Shown here: positions 1 to 13,498 of the stretch, piece by piece
Layout: each line of letters opens with the position of its first letter
Numbering within the stretch: the first letter of the stretch is position 1
DNA from: Octopus vulgaris
Lineage: Eukaryota
NCBI GenBank assembly: GCA_951406725.2
Contig: OX597819.1
Location: 71,052,001 to 71,116,000 of the forward strand
DNA: 64,000 nucleotides
Direction of reading: 5' to 3'
The notes under the pieces: model-generated
The model's database searches: none
The model's input: the letters and a program-made list of their open reading frames with translations, nothing else
What the model was told of the DNA's origin: nothing
Made by a program: the position numbers and the translations under genes

Positions 1-115
1 ATGATCGTCTGCATGAATTAAAATTCTCTTATATTTTGTAACAACTTATCTTCTCCACTTTTAACTAAATTGAAGACTTCTATGGGATTTCTTTCCATAG
101 ATTCACCACACATCA

Positions 116-241
<126 letters not shown>

Positions 242-424
242 TAAATAAATGGTACAACAAGGCATCGATATTTACTGGAAAATAGCAATCGTAATAAATA
301 CGACGCTATTGTATAGTTTCACTGCGTAAATACTAGCAAAGACGCGTGTGTGCAACAAACATGAAAGAAATTTGTCTTACTTCCAGGAAGAACATCTGAA
401 AAATGGAAAACCTAGAATCGGATA

Positions 425-495
425 ATGCAGGACCAGCTTCAGACTCTTCAAATACGTTTGACAACGTAGATTTGATTTGTCTTCATCAGCTGCAT
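425..495 (-). ncRNA. Type I hammerhead ribozyme, family A copy 1 (GAAG variant of GAAA)
   Basis: atgcag-CTGATGA-agac...gtct-GAAGC-tg-GTC-ctgcat; stems I and II pair. Confidence 0.65.
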
Positions 496-665
496 ATACC
501 TAGACAATATTTCAAATGTTGCCACATCTATGCCATTTATTACGATTGCTATTTTCCATTAAATATCGGTGCCTTGTTGTACCATTTATTTACTTTTATA
601 TGTATAATTTTACCCTTACGGGCTATCTTTTACTGGAAAGCAATATTCTCGTATTGCATTATTAT

Positions 666-728
<63 letters not shown>

Positions 729-766
729 TATATACACGCACACATAAATACATGCACACACACAAA

Positions 767-811
<45 letters not shown>

Positions 812-875
812 GCATGCTTACATACATACATACATATATGCAGACATACATACACACGCATATGCTTACAAACTT

Positions 876-1379
876 ACAAAGAATACCATATTAGTATTTA
901 CAAACTTACAAAGAATACCATATTAGTATTTGCTTACAAAGAATACCATATTAGTATGGCGATAACTATTATTTTCCGGGAACGCTGCCGCTGTTCTCTT
1001 TTAGAGAGACTTAGTAATTTTAATATTTCTATTATTGAAAACAAGTGGATGTATTCCACCGAAACTAGTAAATAAAACCATCGAACAGAGATTGTCAGAA
1101 GCGACACATACTGGCTGGCTACGCTGCATTGAAAAGGGACAATACCCCGAAACGCGTCTGTAGCTGCCGGTCAAGTTGTGGAGCGAGACCTCCCTTGTTC
1201 GAAGGTTATAGTACAGTTTGTGTATCAAATAGCTAACTTAAGGCGATCTCATGGAGCTAATAAGCGGACAGCTTTATTCTTATTTTTATAAGAATACCAT
1301 ATTAGTATGGCGATAACTATTATTTTCCGGGAACGCTGCCGCTGTTCTCTTTTAGAGAGACTTAGTAATTTTAATATTT
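876..1379 (+). mobile_element. 351-bp unit plus about 90 bp terminal duplication, with a partial hammerhead-like motif
   Basis: aagaataccatattagtatggcg... occurs at 939 and 1290; gtgg..ccac-c-GAAAC-ta-GTA near 1045-1070 without a canonical CTGANGA. Confidence 0.45.
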
Positions 1380-1636
1380 ATATATATATATATATATATA
1401 TGATCAGTCATGACCGAAGTGGTCTCAGCATATATATATATATATATATAAGTAAATAAATGGTACAATAAGGTACCGATATTTACTTGAAAATAGCAAT
1501 AGTAATAAATACGACGCTATTGTATAGTTTCACTGCGTAAATACTAGCAAAGACGTGTGTGTGCAATAAACATGAAAAAAAATTTGTCTTACCTCTAGGA
1601 AGAACATCTGAAAAATGGAAAACCTAGAATCGGATA

Positions 1637-1707
1637 ATGCAGGACTGGTTTCAGACTCTTCAAATACGTTTGACAACGTAGATTTGAATTGTCTTCATCA
1701 GCTGCAT
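1637..1707 (-). ncRNA. Type I hammerhead ribozyme, family A copy 2
   Basis: atgcag-CTGATGA-agac...gtct-GAAAC-ca-GTC-ctgcat. Confidence 0.8.
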
Positions 1708-2240
1708 CTAACTTGACAATATTTCAAATGTTGCCACATCTATGCCAGTACACTCGTCTGAACGCCAAAACGTTAACAGAACGATAACAGTGAAGAAGTT
1801 TCAATGAAAATAATAATGCAATACGAAAGTATTGCTTTCAAGTAAAGAGTAAAATTATACATATAAAAGTAAATAAATGGTACAAGGCACCGATATTTAC
1901 TGGAAAATAGCAATCGTTATAAATACGACGCTATTGTATAGCTTCACTGCGTAAATACTAGCAAAGACGCGTGTGTGCAACAAACATGAAAAAAATTTGT
2001 CTTACCTCCAGGAAGAACATCTGAAAAATGGAAAACCTAGAATCGGATAATGCATCTTCATCAGCTGCATATACCTAGACAATATTTCAAATGTTGTCAC
2101 ATCTATGCCATTTATTACGATTGCTATTTTCCATTAAATATCGGTGCCTTGTACCATTTATTTACTTTTATATGTATAATTTTACTGTTACGGGCTATCT
2201 TTTACTGGAAAGCAATACTTTCGTATTGCATTATTATTTT

Positions 2241-2311
<71 letters not shown>

Positions 2312-2859
2312 GCATGCTTAGATACAAACATACATATATATATGCAGACATACATACACACGCATATGCTTACAAACTTATCTTTGTCCAAGAAACCATA
2401 TTTGTGAATAGAATGTGATTAATGTATGTATGTATACTATATACATGTGTGTGTATGTGTATGTTTCTGTGTGTGAGTTTGTGTCTGCGTTTCCCTTGGA
2501 TAAAAATTAAAGCGCGGCCTCGCAAATGTGGGATTTCCCGCTCAGAATTCCCGCCCAATTCCAACAGGCATGGCTAAGTGTTTAACCTCAGTTGAGCCTC
2601 CATAAAAGCACGCTTGCGTACGTAAATGGTTATATGCCAATCAATATTTGCTGACGTGTCAATCAGCAGCAGCAAAGCTTCAACGACCCTCGGCAAAACA
2701 TTTTGGCAGGAATTCACATAACCAAATCTAATGTTGTGCGAGCACGCACGCACTCACACAGACACATACACGTATGTTCGCACGCTCACACACACGCGCA
2801 AAGAAACATTCATGCAAACGGTATAGATACATAGATACATACACACATACATTCATATA

Positions 2860-2909
<50 letters not shown>

Positions 2910-3138
2910 CAGTCATGACCGAAGTGGTCTCAGCATATATATATATATACATAAGTAAATAAATGGTATAACAAGGGACCGATATTTACTTGAAAATAGC
3001 AATAGTAATAAATACGACGCTATTGTATAGTTTCACTGCGTAAATACTAGCAAAGACGCGTGTGTGCAACAAACATGAAAAAAATTTGTCTTACCTCTAG
3101 GAAGAACATCTGAAAAATGGAAAACCTAGAATCGGATA

Positions 3139-3209
3139 ATGCAGGACCGGTTTCAGACTCTTCAAATACGTTCGGCAACGTAGATTTGATTTGTCTTCAT
3201 CAGCTGCAT
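3139..3209 (-). ncRNA. Type I hammerhead ribozyme, family A copy 4 (intact)
   Basis: atgcag-CTGATGA-agac...gtct-GAAAC-cg-GTC-ctgcat; 6-bp stem I, extended stem II, palindromic stem III ACCGGT. Confidence 0.85.
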
Positions 3210-3422
3210 ATACCTAGACAATATTTCAAATGTTGTCACATCTTTGCCATTTATTACGATTGCTATTTTCCATTAAATATCGGTGCCTTGTTGTACCATT
3301 TATTTACTTTTATATGTATAATTTTACCCTTACGGGCTATCTTTTACTGGAAAGCAATACTTTCGTATTGCATTATTATTTTCATATATACACACACACA
3401 CACACACACACGCAGACACAAA

Positions 3423-3477
<55 letters not shown>

Positions 3478-4052
3478 AAACACACACACATATATATATA
3501 TATATAAATGCATGCTTACATACATACATATATGCAGACATACATACATACGCATATGCTTACAAACTTATATTTGTCCAAGAAACCATGTTTGTGAATA
3601 GAGTGTGATTAATGTATGTATACTATATACATGTGTGTGTATGTGTATGTTTCTGTGTGTGAGTTTGTGTCTGCGTTTCCCTTGCATAAACATTAAAGCG
3701 CAGCCTCGCAAATCTGGGAATTCCCGCTCAGAATTCCCGCCCAATTCCAACAGGCATGGCTAAGTGTTTAACCTCAGTTGAGCCTCTATAGAAGCACGCT
3801 TGCGTACGTAAATGGTTATCAGCCAATCAATATTTGCTAACGTGGCAATCAGCAGCAGCAAAGCTTCAACGACCCTCGGCAATACATTCTGGCGGGAATT
3901 CACATAACCAAATCTAATGTTGCGCGAGCACGCACGCACTCATACACACACATACACGTACGTTCGCACGCTCACACACACGCACAAAGAAACATTCATG
4001 CAAACGGTATAGATACATAGATACATACACACATACATACATTCATATAAAC

Positions 4053-4091
<39 letters not shown>

Positions 4092-4343
4092 CAGTCATGA
4101 CCGAAGGGGTCTCAGCATATATATATACCCTCCCAGGCACAAGTGTTATTCAAGGGAAAGGCAAACGGACCGACACTGCCGATACACCACTGTGACGTCG
4201 AAACTCATTTCTAGTGCCGAGTGAACTGGAGCAACATGAAATTAAGTATCTTGCTCAAGAACACAATACGCAGCCCGGTCCGGGATTCGAACTCACAACC
4301 TCACGATCGTAAGCTCGACGTTCTAACCACTGGGCCATGCGCA

Positions 4344-4407
<64 letters not shown>

Positions 4408-4618
4408 ATAATAAATCTCTAAACGAGATATAAACAGTAACTGCTCTATAACATAAGGGGCATCAGCCATCTGAATGTGGCCAGGGACAGGGCAGGGCGG
4501 TGGGGTGTTACTGATGCATTTAGCCCCAGGCGATCATCAACGTCACCAGGAGGGCTGACACCATCTCGGTGTCCTCTAGCCTGCAAAGGGAGATCATTCC
4601 CCGAAGACGCGGATGCTA

Positions 4619-4662
4619 CATACGGACCAGGTTTCAAGGTATTTGCCTATTATCAACGCATG
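4619..4662 (-). ncRNA. Minimal type I hammerhead, U3-A8 variant
   Basis: catgcg-TTGATAA-tagg caaata cctt-GAAAC-ctg-GTC-cgtatg. Confidence 0.7.
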
Positions 4663-4947
4663 GTAAGCACCGCTCTCCGACGAATAACTCTCTGTACAGG
4701 CTATATATTTAAGGATTTTCACAGTAAACACATTTACTGATGTAGAAAAACCGTTCGAAAGCAATAATAAATCTCTAAACGAGATATAAACAGTAACTGC
4801 TCTATAACGTAAGGGGCATCAGCCATCTGAATGTGGCTAGGGACAGGGTAGGGCGGTGGGGGTGTTACTGATGCATTTAGCCCCAGGCGATCATCAACGT
4901 CACCAGGAGCCTGTACAGAGAGTTATTCGTCGGAGAGCGGTGCTTAC

Positions 4948-4991
4948 CATGCGTTGATAATAGGCAAATACCTTGAAACCTGGTCCGTATG
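4948..4991 (+). ncRNA. Minimal type I hammerhead, U3-A8 variant
   Basis: Same sequence as 4619-4662 on the opposite strand. Confidence 0.7.
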
Positions 4992-5479
4992 TAGCATCCG
5001 CGTCTTCGGGGAATGATCTCCCTTTGCAGGCTAGAGGACACCGAGATGGTGTCAGCCCTCCTGGTGACGTTGATGATCGCCTGGGGCTAAATGCATCAGT
5101 AACACCCCCACCGCCCTGCCCTGTCCCTGGCCACATTCAGATGGCTGATGCCCCTTATGTTATATATATATGTATGTATATATATATAACAGAAATACGT
5201 TTGAAAAAAAATATAGAAACAACACGTGGAAAAATATGGGGAAAGTAAGAATAAATAAACAGAAAATGCGCATTGAACACCAAAAAGATAAATAAAGACT
5301 TTTTTAAAATGAAAATTAGCGATAAATAAATACAATTAGATGAAATGAGGTAGAATTAAGAGGAATTAAACTCATTATTTTGAATTGTTAAAGAGATTCA
5401 AAGTTAAACCGGTGTCATCATTCATAATACATACATTCATACATGCATGCGTACATACATAGATATAATTGTCTTACTG

Positions 5480-5529
<50 letters not shown>

Positions 5530-5657
5530 GTAGTAGTAGTAGTAGTAGCAGGAGTAGTCAGGTCACTGGAATCGGACTCGGAATCTTGGGCTTAGTAGCC
5601 CGCACTCTAACCACTACGGCATATGCCCGTGGGCAATTATGGAATGAATTTTAGGGC

Positions 5658-5903
5658 TTATAAATCCAATATCTTCCTATCCTTCCTTAATACCGGTTCC
5701 CACATGCTACTCATATTTGCACTCAGTCTGCTTAGGAGGTTGTGGTGTCCTAGCATATGTGCTGCTTCTTTTAGTGTTCGTATTTTCCATTGGTATTCTC
5801 TGTCTATTATTTTAACTTCATCCTACAGGAGGAGGTGGTCTCCATTTTTCCACACATGATCAGCTATACCCGATTTATCAATATCTCCACGTGTCACAGC
5901 TTT
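5658..5903 (-). pseudogene. 3' fragment of a Penelope-like element ORF (C-terminal part of the GIY-YIG endonuclease region)
   Basis: Manual translation KAVTRGDIDKSGIADHVWKNGDHLLL*DEVKIIDREYQWKIRTLKEAAHMLGHHNLLSRLSANMSSMWEPVLRKDRKILDL*, with one internal stop. Confidence 0.7.
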
Positions 5904-6051
5904 GAAACTTGATGGAAATGTTGACCTTCTGTGTAGAGACTACCTACTTCATTATGGACACTTATATATATATCGACAAGAAGTGGGTTTTATGAACAAA
6001 TATCCGTAAAATGCAAATAATGTAAATAATGTAAATAATTCCTCATCTCTT

Positions 6052-7590
6052 ATTATATTTACTACTTCTCTTTCTTCTCACCTAACTTTCTTCTCTTCCT
6101 GCATTCTTTCCTTTCTTTCTTCCTTTCTTTCTGGCCTTTCCCGTTCAAAATAAAACCTTACTCATCAGATTTTCGAACAATTTTAGGAAAGAGTGAATTT
6201 TTGATTCGCTCTTCCAATTTTGTTATTATCTATTTTTTTTATTCATTTATTTCCTGCAATCTTTGTTTATTATTTGATTGAGCTATGTGTTTGGACGACA
6301 AGCAAAGAAACCCGAGAAGTCCTGTCATTTTATGTTTGGACCACTTCTCCCTGAAACTAATCTAAGTCTCTACGTAACTGCATACACACCTTCCAATGAC
6401 GTAAACTAGTAAACAGCAGTTGTGTCTCATTTGTGAAATGATTGGGAATGTACATGCGTATGATTTTTCTTCGAGGTTTGTTTAAATCAGGTGTTCTAAG
6501 GCATTGTTTCCCCTATGGACACCTTTGATCATTATTCTATTCTGGTAGACACTAGAGCCATTCCATGATTAAAAATAAAACTAGTTTTACAGAAACTTCT
6601 TTCAAAATTCCTATTTCGTTTTTCACACATTCACTTGTGTAGGTTGAACACTTTAACATGTTAGAGAAAGGAACCTGGCTGTTTCTTGCAATACATAACC
6701 AATACATACATCTAAAGCAAATTATTTTCAGGGTCCCTTCAAAGAACATTTAAGTTCTCTACCTAAGACTTTTTGAGTTCTCTGTGTTTGCAAATGTATG
6801 GTTGATTTGGTGTCTTGACCGAGGAGTGCCGGCTGTGTGCATCTATTCATCTAAAGAATCTCAGATCAAGAATCTTTAGAATGTCTTACAGACCTTCACT
6901 GTGCCGCTAATAGATCGGATCTACAGAATCTGCATCAGTCTCGTTTGGACTTTCTTGAAAAAGAAAAACAAGTATTTCTAGGTTTTCGTATATGTATGTA
7001 TGTATGCATGTATGTATGTATGTATGTATGTATGTATGTATGTATGTATGTATGTATGTATGTACGTACGTATGTATGTATGTATGTATGTATGTATGTA
7101 TGTATGTATGTATGTATGTATGTATGTATGTATGTATGTATGTGCGTGCGTACGTATGTATGTGTGTCTACACCAGAGCGGCAATTAGTAACAAAACTTT
7201 TTCTTTCTCCCAATTTTTGTTTTCTTTTTATTTTTTCACTGACCGCGCCCTCTAGCTTTTGTCTTATATTTACTACTTCTCTTTCTTCTCACCTAACTTT
7301 CTTCTCTTCCTGCATTCTTTCCTTTCTTTCTTCCTTCCTTCCTTTCTGGTATTTCCCGTTCAAAATAAAACCTTCTTACTCATCAGATTTTCGAACAATT
7401 TTAGGAAAAAGTGAATTTTTGATTCGCTCTTTCGATTTCGTTATTATCTATTTTTTTTTATTCATTTCTTTCTTTCTTTATTTTTTTTATTTGATTGAGT
7501 TATGTGTTTGGACGACAGGTAAAGAAACCTGAGAAACCCGATCAGTTTATATTTGGACCCCTTCTCTCCCAAACTTACCTAAGTAACTAC
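6052..7590. repeat. Block with ~330-bp direct repeats (6052-6380, 7263-7590); inverted paralog at about 14925-17270
   Basis: 6400-6990 is the reverse complement of 14925-15442 plus 16730-16830; 7140-7590 matches the reverse of 16820-17250. Confidence 0.8.
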
Positions 7591-7753
7591 GTAAGTAGGA
7601 GAGGCTGTGTTGCGATAAGCTTGTTTCCCAACCACATAGTTCCAAGCTCAGTCTCACTGCGTGACACCTTGAGCAAGAGACTTCAACTATGGTCTCGGGC
7701 CTCCCAGAACCTTGTGAGTGGATTTGATAGACAGAACCCGAAAGAATCCCTCC

Positions 7754-7804
<51 letters not shown>

Positions 7805-7829
7805 CATATATATGTATATGTATATTTAC

Positions 7830-7876
<47 letters not shown>

Positions 7877-7891
7877 TATATATATATACAT

Positions 7892-7987
<96 letters not shown>

Positions 7988-7991
7988 TATT

Positions 7992-8469
7992 ATTAGAGAT
8001 AAAACCACTATTAGGCAACATCAAAGAAAATAAGCCAATACATAAGATTAATTAATTTATATTATTTTAAATATATATCAAAATTATTAAAAAAAGATAA
8101 TTAGTATAACACTACGATCGTTTCATGGCTGTCCAATTCGAGTTACAGTCATTCTTGGCGAGGTTTAATCATTGATTAAACCTCGCCAAGTTAAATATTT
8201 CAATCACCTGAAGAATGACTGTAACTCGAATTGGACACCCATGAAACGATCGTAGTGTTATACTAATTATCTTTTTTTAATAATTTTGATATATATTTAA
8301 AATAATATAAATTAATTAATCTTATGTATTGGCTTAAGTTTTTCATTGTATGATTTGCCTAATAGTGGTTTTATCTCTAATTTAATATAATATAATATTT
8401 TACTATAAAATTGGATTCAATCCTAAATCTGATTTTTCCCTGTAAGTTTGGATTTATTCCCTAATATTT

Positions 8470-8475
<6 letters not shown>
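7992..8475. mobile_element. Fold-back hammerhead element family C in (TA)n
   Basis: 7992-8153 is inverted relative to 8212-8380; central hairpin cttggcgaggtttaatc-att-gattaaacctcgccaag at 8154-8190. Confidence 0.8.
8205..8257 (+). ncRNA. Type I hammerhead ribozyme, family C
   Basis: cac-CTGAAGA-atg...cat-GAAAC-gatc-GTA-gtg; palindromic stem III ACGATCGT. Confidence 0.75.
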
Positions 8476-8526
<51 letters not shown>

Positions 8527-8789
8527 AATACATATATAGTAAAAAATTGAGGAAAGGAATTCCTTCAAAGGGGTGTGTAAAAGATCCAATTCAATGGTAC
8601 ATCAGTTGAATACCACATAAATAAGGGTGTAATGTAGATTACAAGCAATAAATTAAGTAGAGAGATACAATTGAGACGGTGTGTTGGGCAAAAAGTTATC
8701 CACACGTCCAAGCATCTAACGCAAGGCTTCTCAATCGAGGTCCATATGGACACCGGGTCTCCATATAAGATTTCTGGAGGTCCACAGAA

Positions 8790-9690
8790 GAAATGCTATT
8801 TTTTCTGTTTGGCTGCCAAGGTCAATTTCTGTTCGAACTGAATTCATATTCAGTGTAATGAAACATTTTTATAGGCTAATGAATGCCACGTAAATAATTT
8901 TCGCCATAAATCAATAGATAAAGAATTATTAGCTATTAACGTTTAAAAATTTTGGGTAATTTTAGCCAATCGCAAGCCACGGACACATTCATGCCGGTTT
9001 CCAAAGTAACAAGACGAACATGAGAACTCTTTTGTTTGCGAGAAAGCACGTATTGACTAATATGTTCCGGTCGTTGAGATGGTTGTTATATGTGCTAAAA
9101 ATAGCAACCAAATAGGAATAAGCCTTAAATCACGCACCCCCACAATATATTTTTTATTTTCGCATAATCGCACGAAGTCCCTCGTGTACAATAAAAAATG
9201 CTCTCAAAAACCTCAAAAACAAAAAAAGGTTATAAGAAGTTATATTCTGTGCGTATTTCATTTGTTTACAATTTCATATAAGAACACAAGTGCTATTTTC
9301 AGGATGTTGACAAAATGTGCAGTCACGCACAAAATGACAGCTTCCAAATCCTGTTTCCTAGCTGGGTGAAAAATCATCAAACTTTAAACCTCTATAACTT
9401 TTAAAAACTCCAGCAATTCAGCTTGGAAATCTACATTAATGTACCAAATTTTTAAATTTTTAATTAACTTTGATTTTTGAAATCTTGCTAGCCAAACAGA
9501 AAAGATCCATGAAATGTTGTAAATTGTAAATGCTGTAATTTTCGGGAGCCCTGGAAAATTGTGATTTACACCAGTAGTTTCTAATGAGGACCCCCTCTTG
9601 CAATGTAGGCCCTTGTACAATGGTGCATTCTGGCCAAGAAACTTGTTTAAAAATTGCACAGTAAAACGTTGTTAGAAATCCTGTCTTTAC
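8790..9690. repeat. Interspersed repeat, probably a non-autonomous DNA transposon; diverged copy at about 33450-34250
   Basis: Shared motifs aattttgggtaattttagccaatcg and gtcacgcacaaaatga..gcttccaaatcctgtt. Confidence 0.55.
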
Positions 9691-9885
9691 TAATTTATTT
9701 CCAGTTTCCGTCTACCAAATCCACTCACAAGGCTTTGGTCGACCCAAGGCAATAGTAGAAGACACATTCCCAAGGTGCCACGCAGTGGGACTGAACCTGG
9801 ACCCATGTGGCTGGTAAGCAAGCTACTTACCACATAGCCGCGCGTGCGCCTATTCTGTGTATATGTATACGTATATATGTGTACC

Positions 9886-9941
<56 letters not shown>

Positions 9942-9947
<6 letters not shown>

Positions 9948-10633
9948 ATAGAGGGCATTATTACACATAAATGCCTCACACTAAGAGGGACATAAGTCAT
10001 TACTACCAAAATTTCACTAATCGTACCTAATTCGTAATTATTTTCGAATTTTTTTCTCTTATGAGGTTTTTCACGCTAACTACCTGATAATTTCTTGTTA
10101 AGATTCCTTATTAAGAAGTTATCCTTAATTGTTAAATTTATTCCGAAGAAATACTTTTCCTACCCGACATGCAGTTCGAGAAAGCCCGCCATTTACCGAA
10201 TATAGGATTTATAAACATTTCCATGTGCTTCGCCGGAGAGAGCAGATGTCTGTTCGACTTCGCCAGGTATATTGATCGTTTATTTATGATGTGTTCAGAA
10301 TCAGTTCTACTGATGAACATAGACGTATTTGATGCGTTAAGTGTGAAATCACAGGTGATATAGAACTAAATTCATTTTTTAATTGTCCTGCTTTGAAAAC
10401 TGCATTAGGTACGATTAGTGAAATTTTAGTGAAATTTTGGTAGTAATGACTTATGTCCCTCTTAGTGTGAGGCATTTACGTGTAATAATGCCCTCTATAC
10501 AATATAAATTAATATTTTCAAAAGGAAAAAAAAATTATTTTCGAATTTTTTTCTCTTATGAGGTTTTTCACGCTAACTACCTGATAATTTCTTATTAAGA
10601 TTCCTTATTAATAAGTTATCCTTAATTGTTAAA
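9942..10633 (+). mobile_element. Retrozyme-like element family D: inverted 5' segment, ~500-bp unit and ~100-bp tandem duplication
   Basis: 9942-10030 is the reverse complement of 10404-10503; 10035-10135 is repeated at 10533-10633; (TA)n on both sides. Confidence 0.85.
10303..10367 (+). ncRNA. Type I hammerhead ribozyme, family D
   Basis: agttcta-CTGATGA-acat...gtgt-GAAA-tcac ag gtga-TA-tagaact; 7-bp stem I, 4-bp stem III, AUA cleavage triplet. Confidence 0.85.
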
Positions 10634-10894
10634 TATATATATATATAGGTCGGATCAACAAAAAAAAAAAAATATATATATTGAGAAAAAAATGTCAGAA
10701 TTTTGGAAAAAATCCTTTATTTCATTCCCCTCTAGAACTTGTCAAATATGATTTTGTGAATGTACAAACAGCTTGTTCATTTATATAAGACAGATGTTTT
10801 TGGGGTGTTTTGTTTAGAAGAGAACATTGTTTTTTTTTGGGGGGGGGGAGGTTCCAAGACAATGGAGTTGGATAGATAGGTAGATTGGCTGATT

Positions 10895-10927
<33 letters not shown>

Positions 10928-11467
10928 ATAAATAAATAGATAGATAGATAAATAGATAGATAAATAAATAAATAAATAAATAGATAAATAGATAGATAGA
11001 TCGATAGATAGATAAATAGATAGATAGATAGTCAGACAGATAGACAGATGGGTACTCCCTTGAGGGTATCAAAAATATATAACCCGGCGATTTCATAGAG
11101 ACATCAAACAATGGATCGTCTTTAAAAAAATAAATAAAAATTAAAGATAAAATATAAAAATAAAAAACAAGTGTGGTTTGGTCATCATTGAAAGTCTTGC
11201 TTTCTTTCTCCCGCTCTTTTTTCTTCCTTTCTATTCTTCTTTTCCTTTTCCTTCCTTTTTCCTCTTTTCTTTCTTTTACTCGTCTTTGAGTTATATTTAG
11301 AATATATCCCTTCCAAACATTTATTTTGGTGGGTAATTTTTTGGTAAAGTGTAGTTCTGCATGAAAATACATTAGTATAATATTTGCAAATTAACAATTT
11401 GAAAAATCAATCAGTATATAAAATAAAACGAATATATATATATATATCTGTATATATATAAGGCAGG

Positions 11468-11502
<35 letters not shown>

Positions 11503-11714
11503 TGATTGTAATTTATGCACGTCCACAAATTAGCACGCATGTCACTCCAATTTTAGGAGGACTTTCGTCAGCACCCTACTTGGGTTTTGTTAACTTATTT
11601 TTTTTCCGAGGCACCGGCGGATACCGGGAAAAATCTATTTTCAGCCATAGCTTTTACCTAATTTCAAGGTTGCTAAACATGAGTTAAGTCCCTTCTAGCC
11701 ATAGCCAAGCGAAA

Positions 11715-11750
<36 letters not shown>

Positions 11751-11887
11751 AGTTGTGTTGATGTATGTGTGTGTGTCTGTAGGGAGAGGGAGTGTTTCGC
11801 AACGTCTAACAAAACTAGTAAAGAAAAAGTATGTGTAAGGAAGAGTGGGAGATCAGCGTCTAACAGAAAAAACAAGGTAAGGACAAA

Positions 11888-11945
<58 letters not shown>

Positions 11946-12571
11946 AAGTCACAGCGTTCATAAAAAATAAAATGTAAAATGTTTTGTTTTTTCTTAAACA
12001 CGAGATATAGTGTTCAAATTTAGGATGATTTTGAAAGACCCTATATTTTATAATCAGAGTATATATACTTTCTCACACAACAATTACGATATATTTATTT
12101 TAAATCATTTATTTATTTTAAATCGTTCATCTTTCTACCCCACTCTCTCAACACATTACTTTGGGTGCGAAAGAGCTTTGTTTTTTTATTTTACGCTGAG
12201 TAAAAAAGTGTTTTGTTGACAATCCATTTATTTAACAACAAAGAAACAAAGACGTAGGTAACAGTTTGTCAGTAATATAAATGGGTACAATTTCCGAGGC
12301 TTCCACCACTGTCCACTCCGTTTCACGGACCACAAAATGGGTTTTGTAGCATATTAGGATGCCAGAGTAGTAGATTTCACGCAAAAAACAATTTTTTTTC
12401 TTAGTGAAAATCGTGCGAGTGTTAATCTACAAATTTAGCAACGTTTTTCCCATTCATTTCTGTTTATGAACATGCGTGCAAAAAACATATGCAATAGGTT
12501 TACGTACGTACGTGTGTGTATGTGTGTTCGTGTGTGTTGCCCATATATATTATATTATATTATATTATATT

Positions 12572-12678
<107 letters not shown>

Positions 12679-12769
12679 AATTTCAACGAATTTCGCCCAA
12701 ATTTGACGTCGATATTACTTAGTTTGGTTTGAAATAAAGAACTTGATTAGCTTAATAATCCTAACTTAA

Positions 12770-12798
12770 TCCCGGGCAAGGCCGGGTTATACTGCTAG
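12770..12798 (+). mobile_element. Helitron-like 3' end
   Basis: Hairpin cccgg-gcaagg-ccggg followed after 8 nt by CTAG and T; a similar motif lies at 61988-62015. Confidence 0.5.
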
Positions 12799-12802
12799 TA
12801 TA

Positions 12803-13262
12803 TAATAAATCTCTGAGCGAGGTATATACAGTAGCTGCACGACATCGTGAAGAATATTTGCCACTTAAATGTGGCTAACCCCTAAGGGTGGATGCTACTA
12901 TAGCTTGTAGCCCCAGGAAGACATATCCTCCAGCTGGCTTATAGCTCACTCAGAGATTTATTATTGCTTATTTACACTTTTTCGAGGTCAGTGACTTTTC
13001 GTCACTGGAAAAAGGATATATAGATATTTGCATTGGGAACCACTTCACATCGACAACACGCTGATGACGGGTCAATACCCAGAAACTCGGGACCGTGTGT
13101 ATCACATCAGGTTGGAGATGGGAAGGATGACTTCTCTTTGCAAATACTGATAGGGTACAGAAAGTGTGTTAATAGCCAGTTGGAGGAGATGTCTTCTTGG
13201 GGCTACAAGCTACAGTAGCATCCACCCTTAAGGGTTAGCCACATTTCAGTGGCAAATATACT

Positions 13263-13268
<6 letters not shown>
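12803..13268. mobile_element. Diverged family B element (inverted segment plus one unit)
   Basis: Shares aataataaatctctgagcgag and tagccccagg motifs with 4405 and 45920; 12845-12940 is inverted at 13170-13268. Confidence 0.75.
13056..13098 (+). ncRNA. Minimal hammerhead with canonical C3-G8 core; triplet reads GAC
   Basis: acacg-CTGATGA-cggg tcaata ccca-GAAAC-tcgg-GAC-cgtgt. Confidence 0.6.
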
Positions 13269-13302
<34 letters not shown>

Positions 13303-13460
13303 TGTGCACACTCACACACACACATACGTAAAGTTAGAACATCCCAATGCTACACATAGATATGTCTGAACATTTATAGTGATGAGCCACATATGGAATA
13401 AAGAATTCAAATTCTCCACTTTACCTTCAAGCATTTAATGTTAGGGAAGATTCCTTGATG

Positions 13461-13498
<38 letters not shown>

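Larger units (their letters stand above)
4405..5162. mobile_element. Retrozyme-like element family B: 356-bp unit, partial tandem copy, then inverted copy, flanked by (TA)n
   Basis: gcaataataaatctctaaacgag at 4405 and 4761; 4910-5162 is the reverse complement of about 4447-4700. Confidence 0.85.

Noticed and set aside
4446-5248. Paired ORFs on both strands (also 45948-46661)
   Set aside because: By-products of inverted duplication of a GC-richer non-coding unit; frames are not conserved between the two subfamilies.
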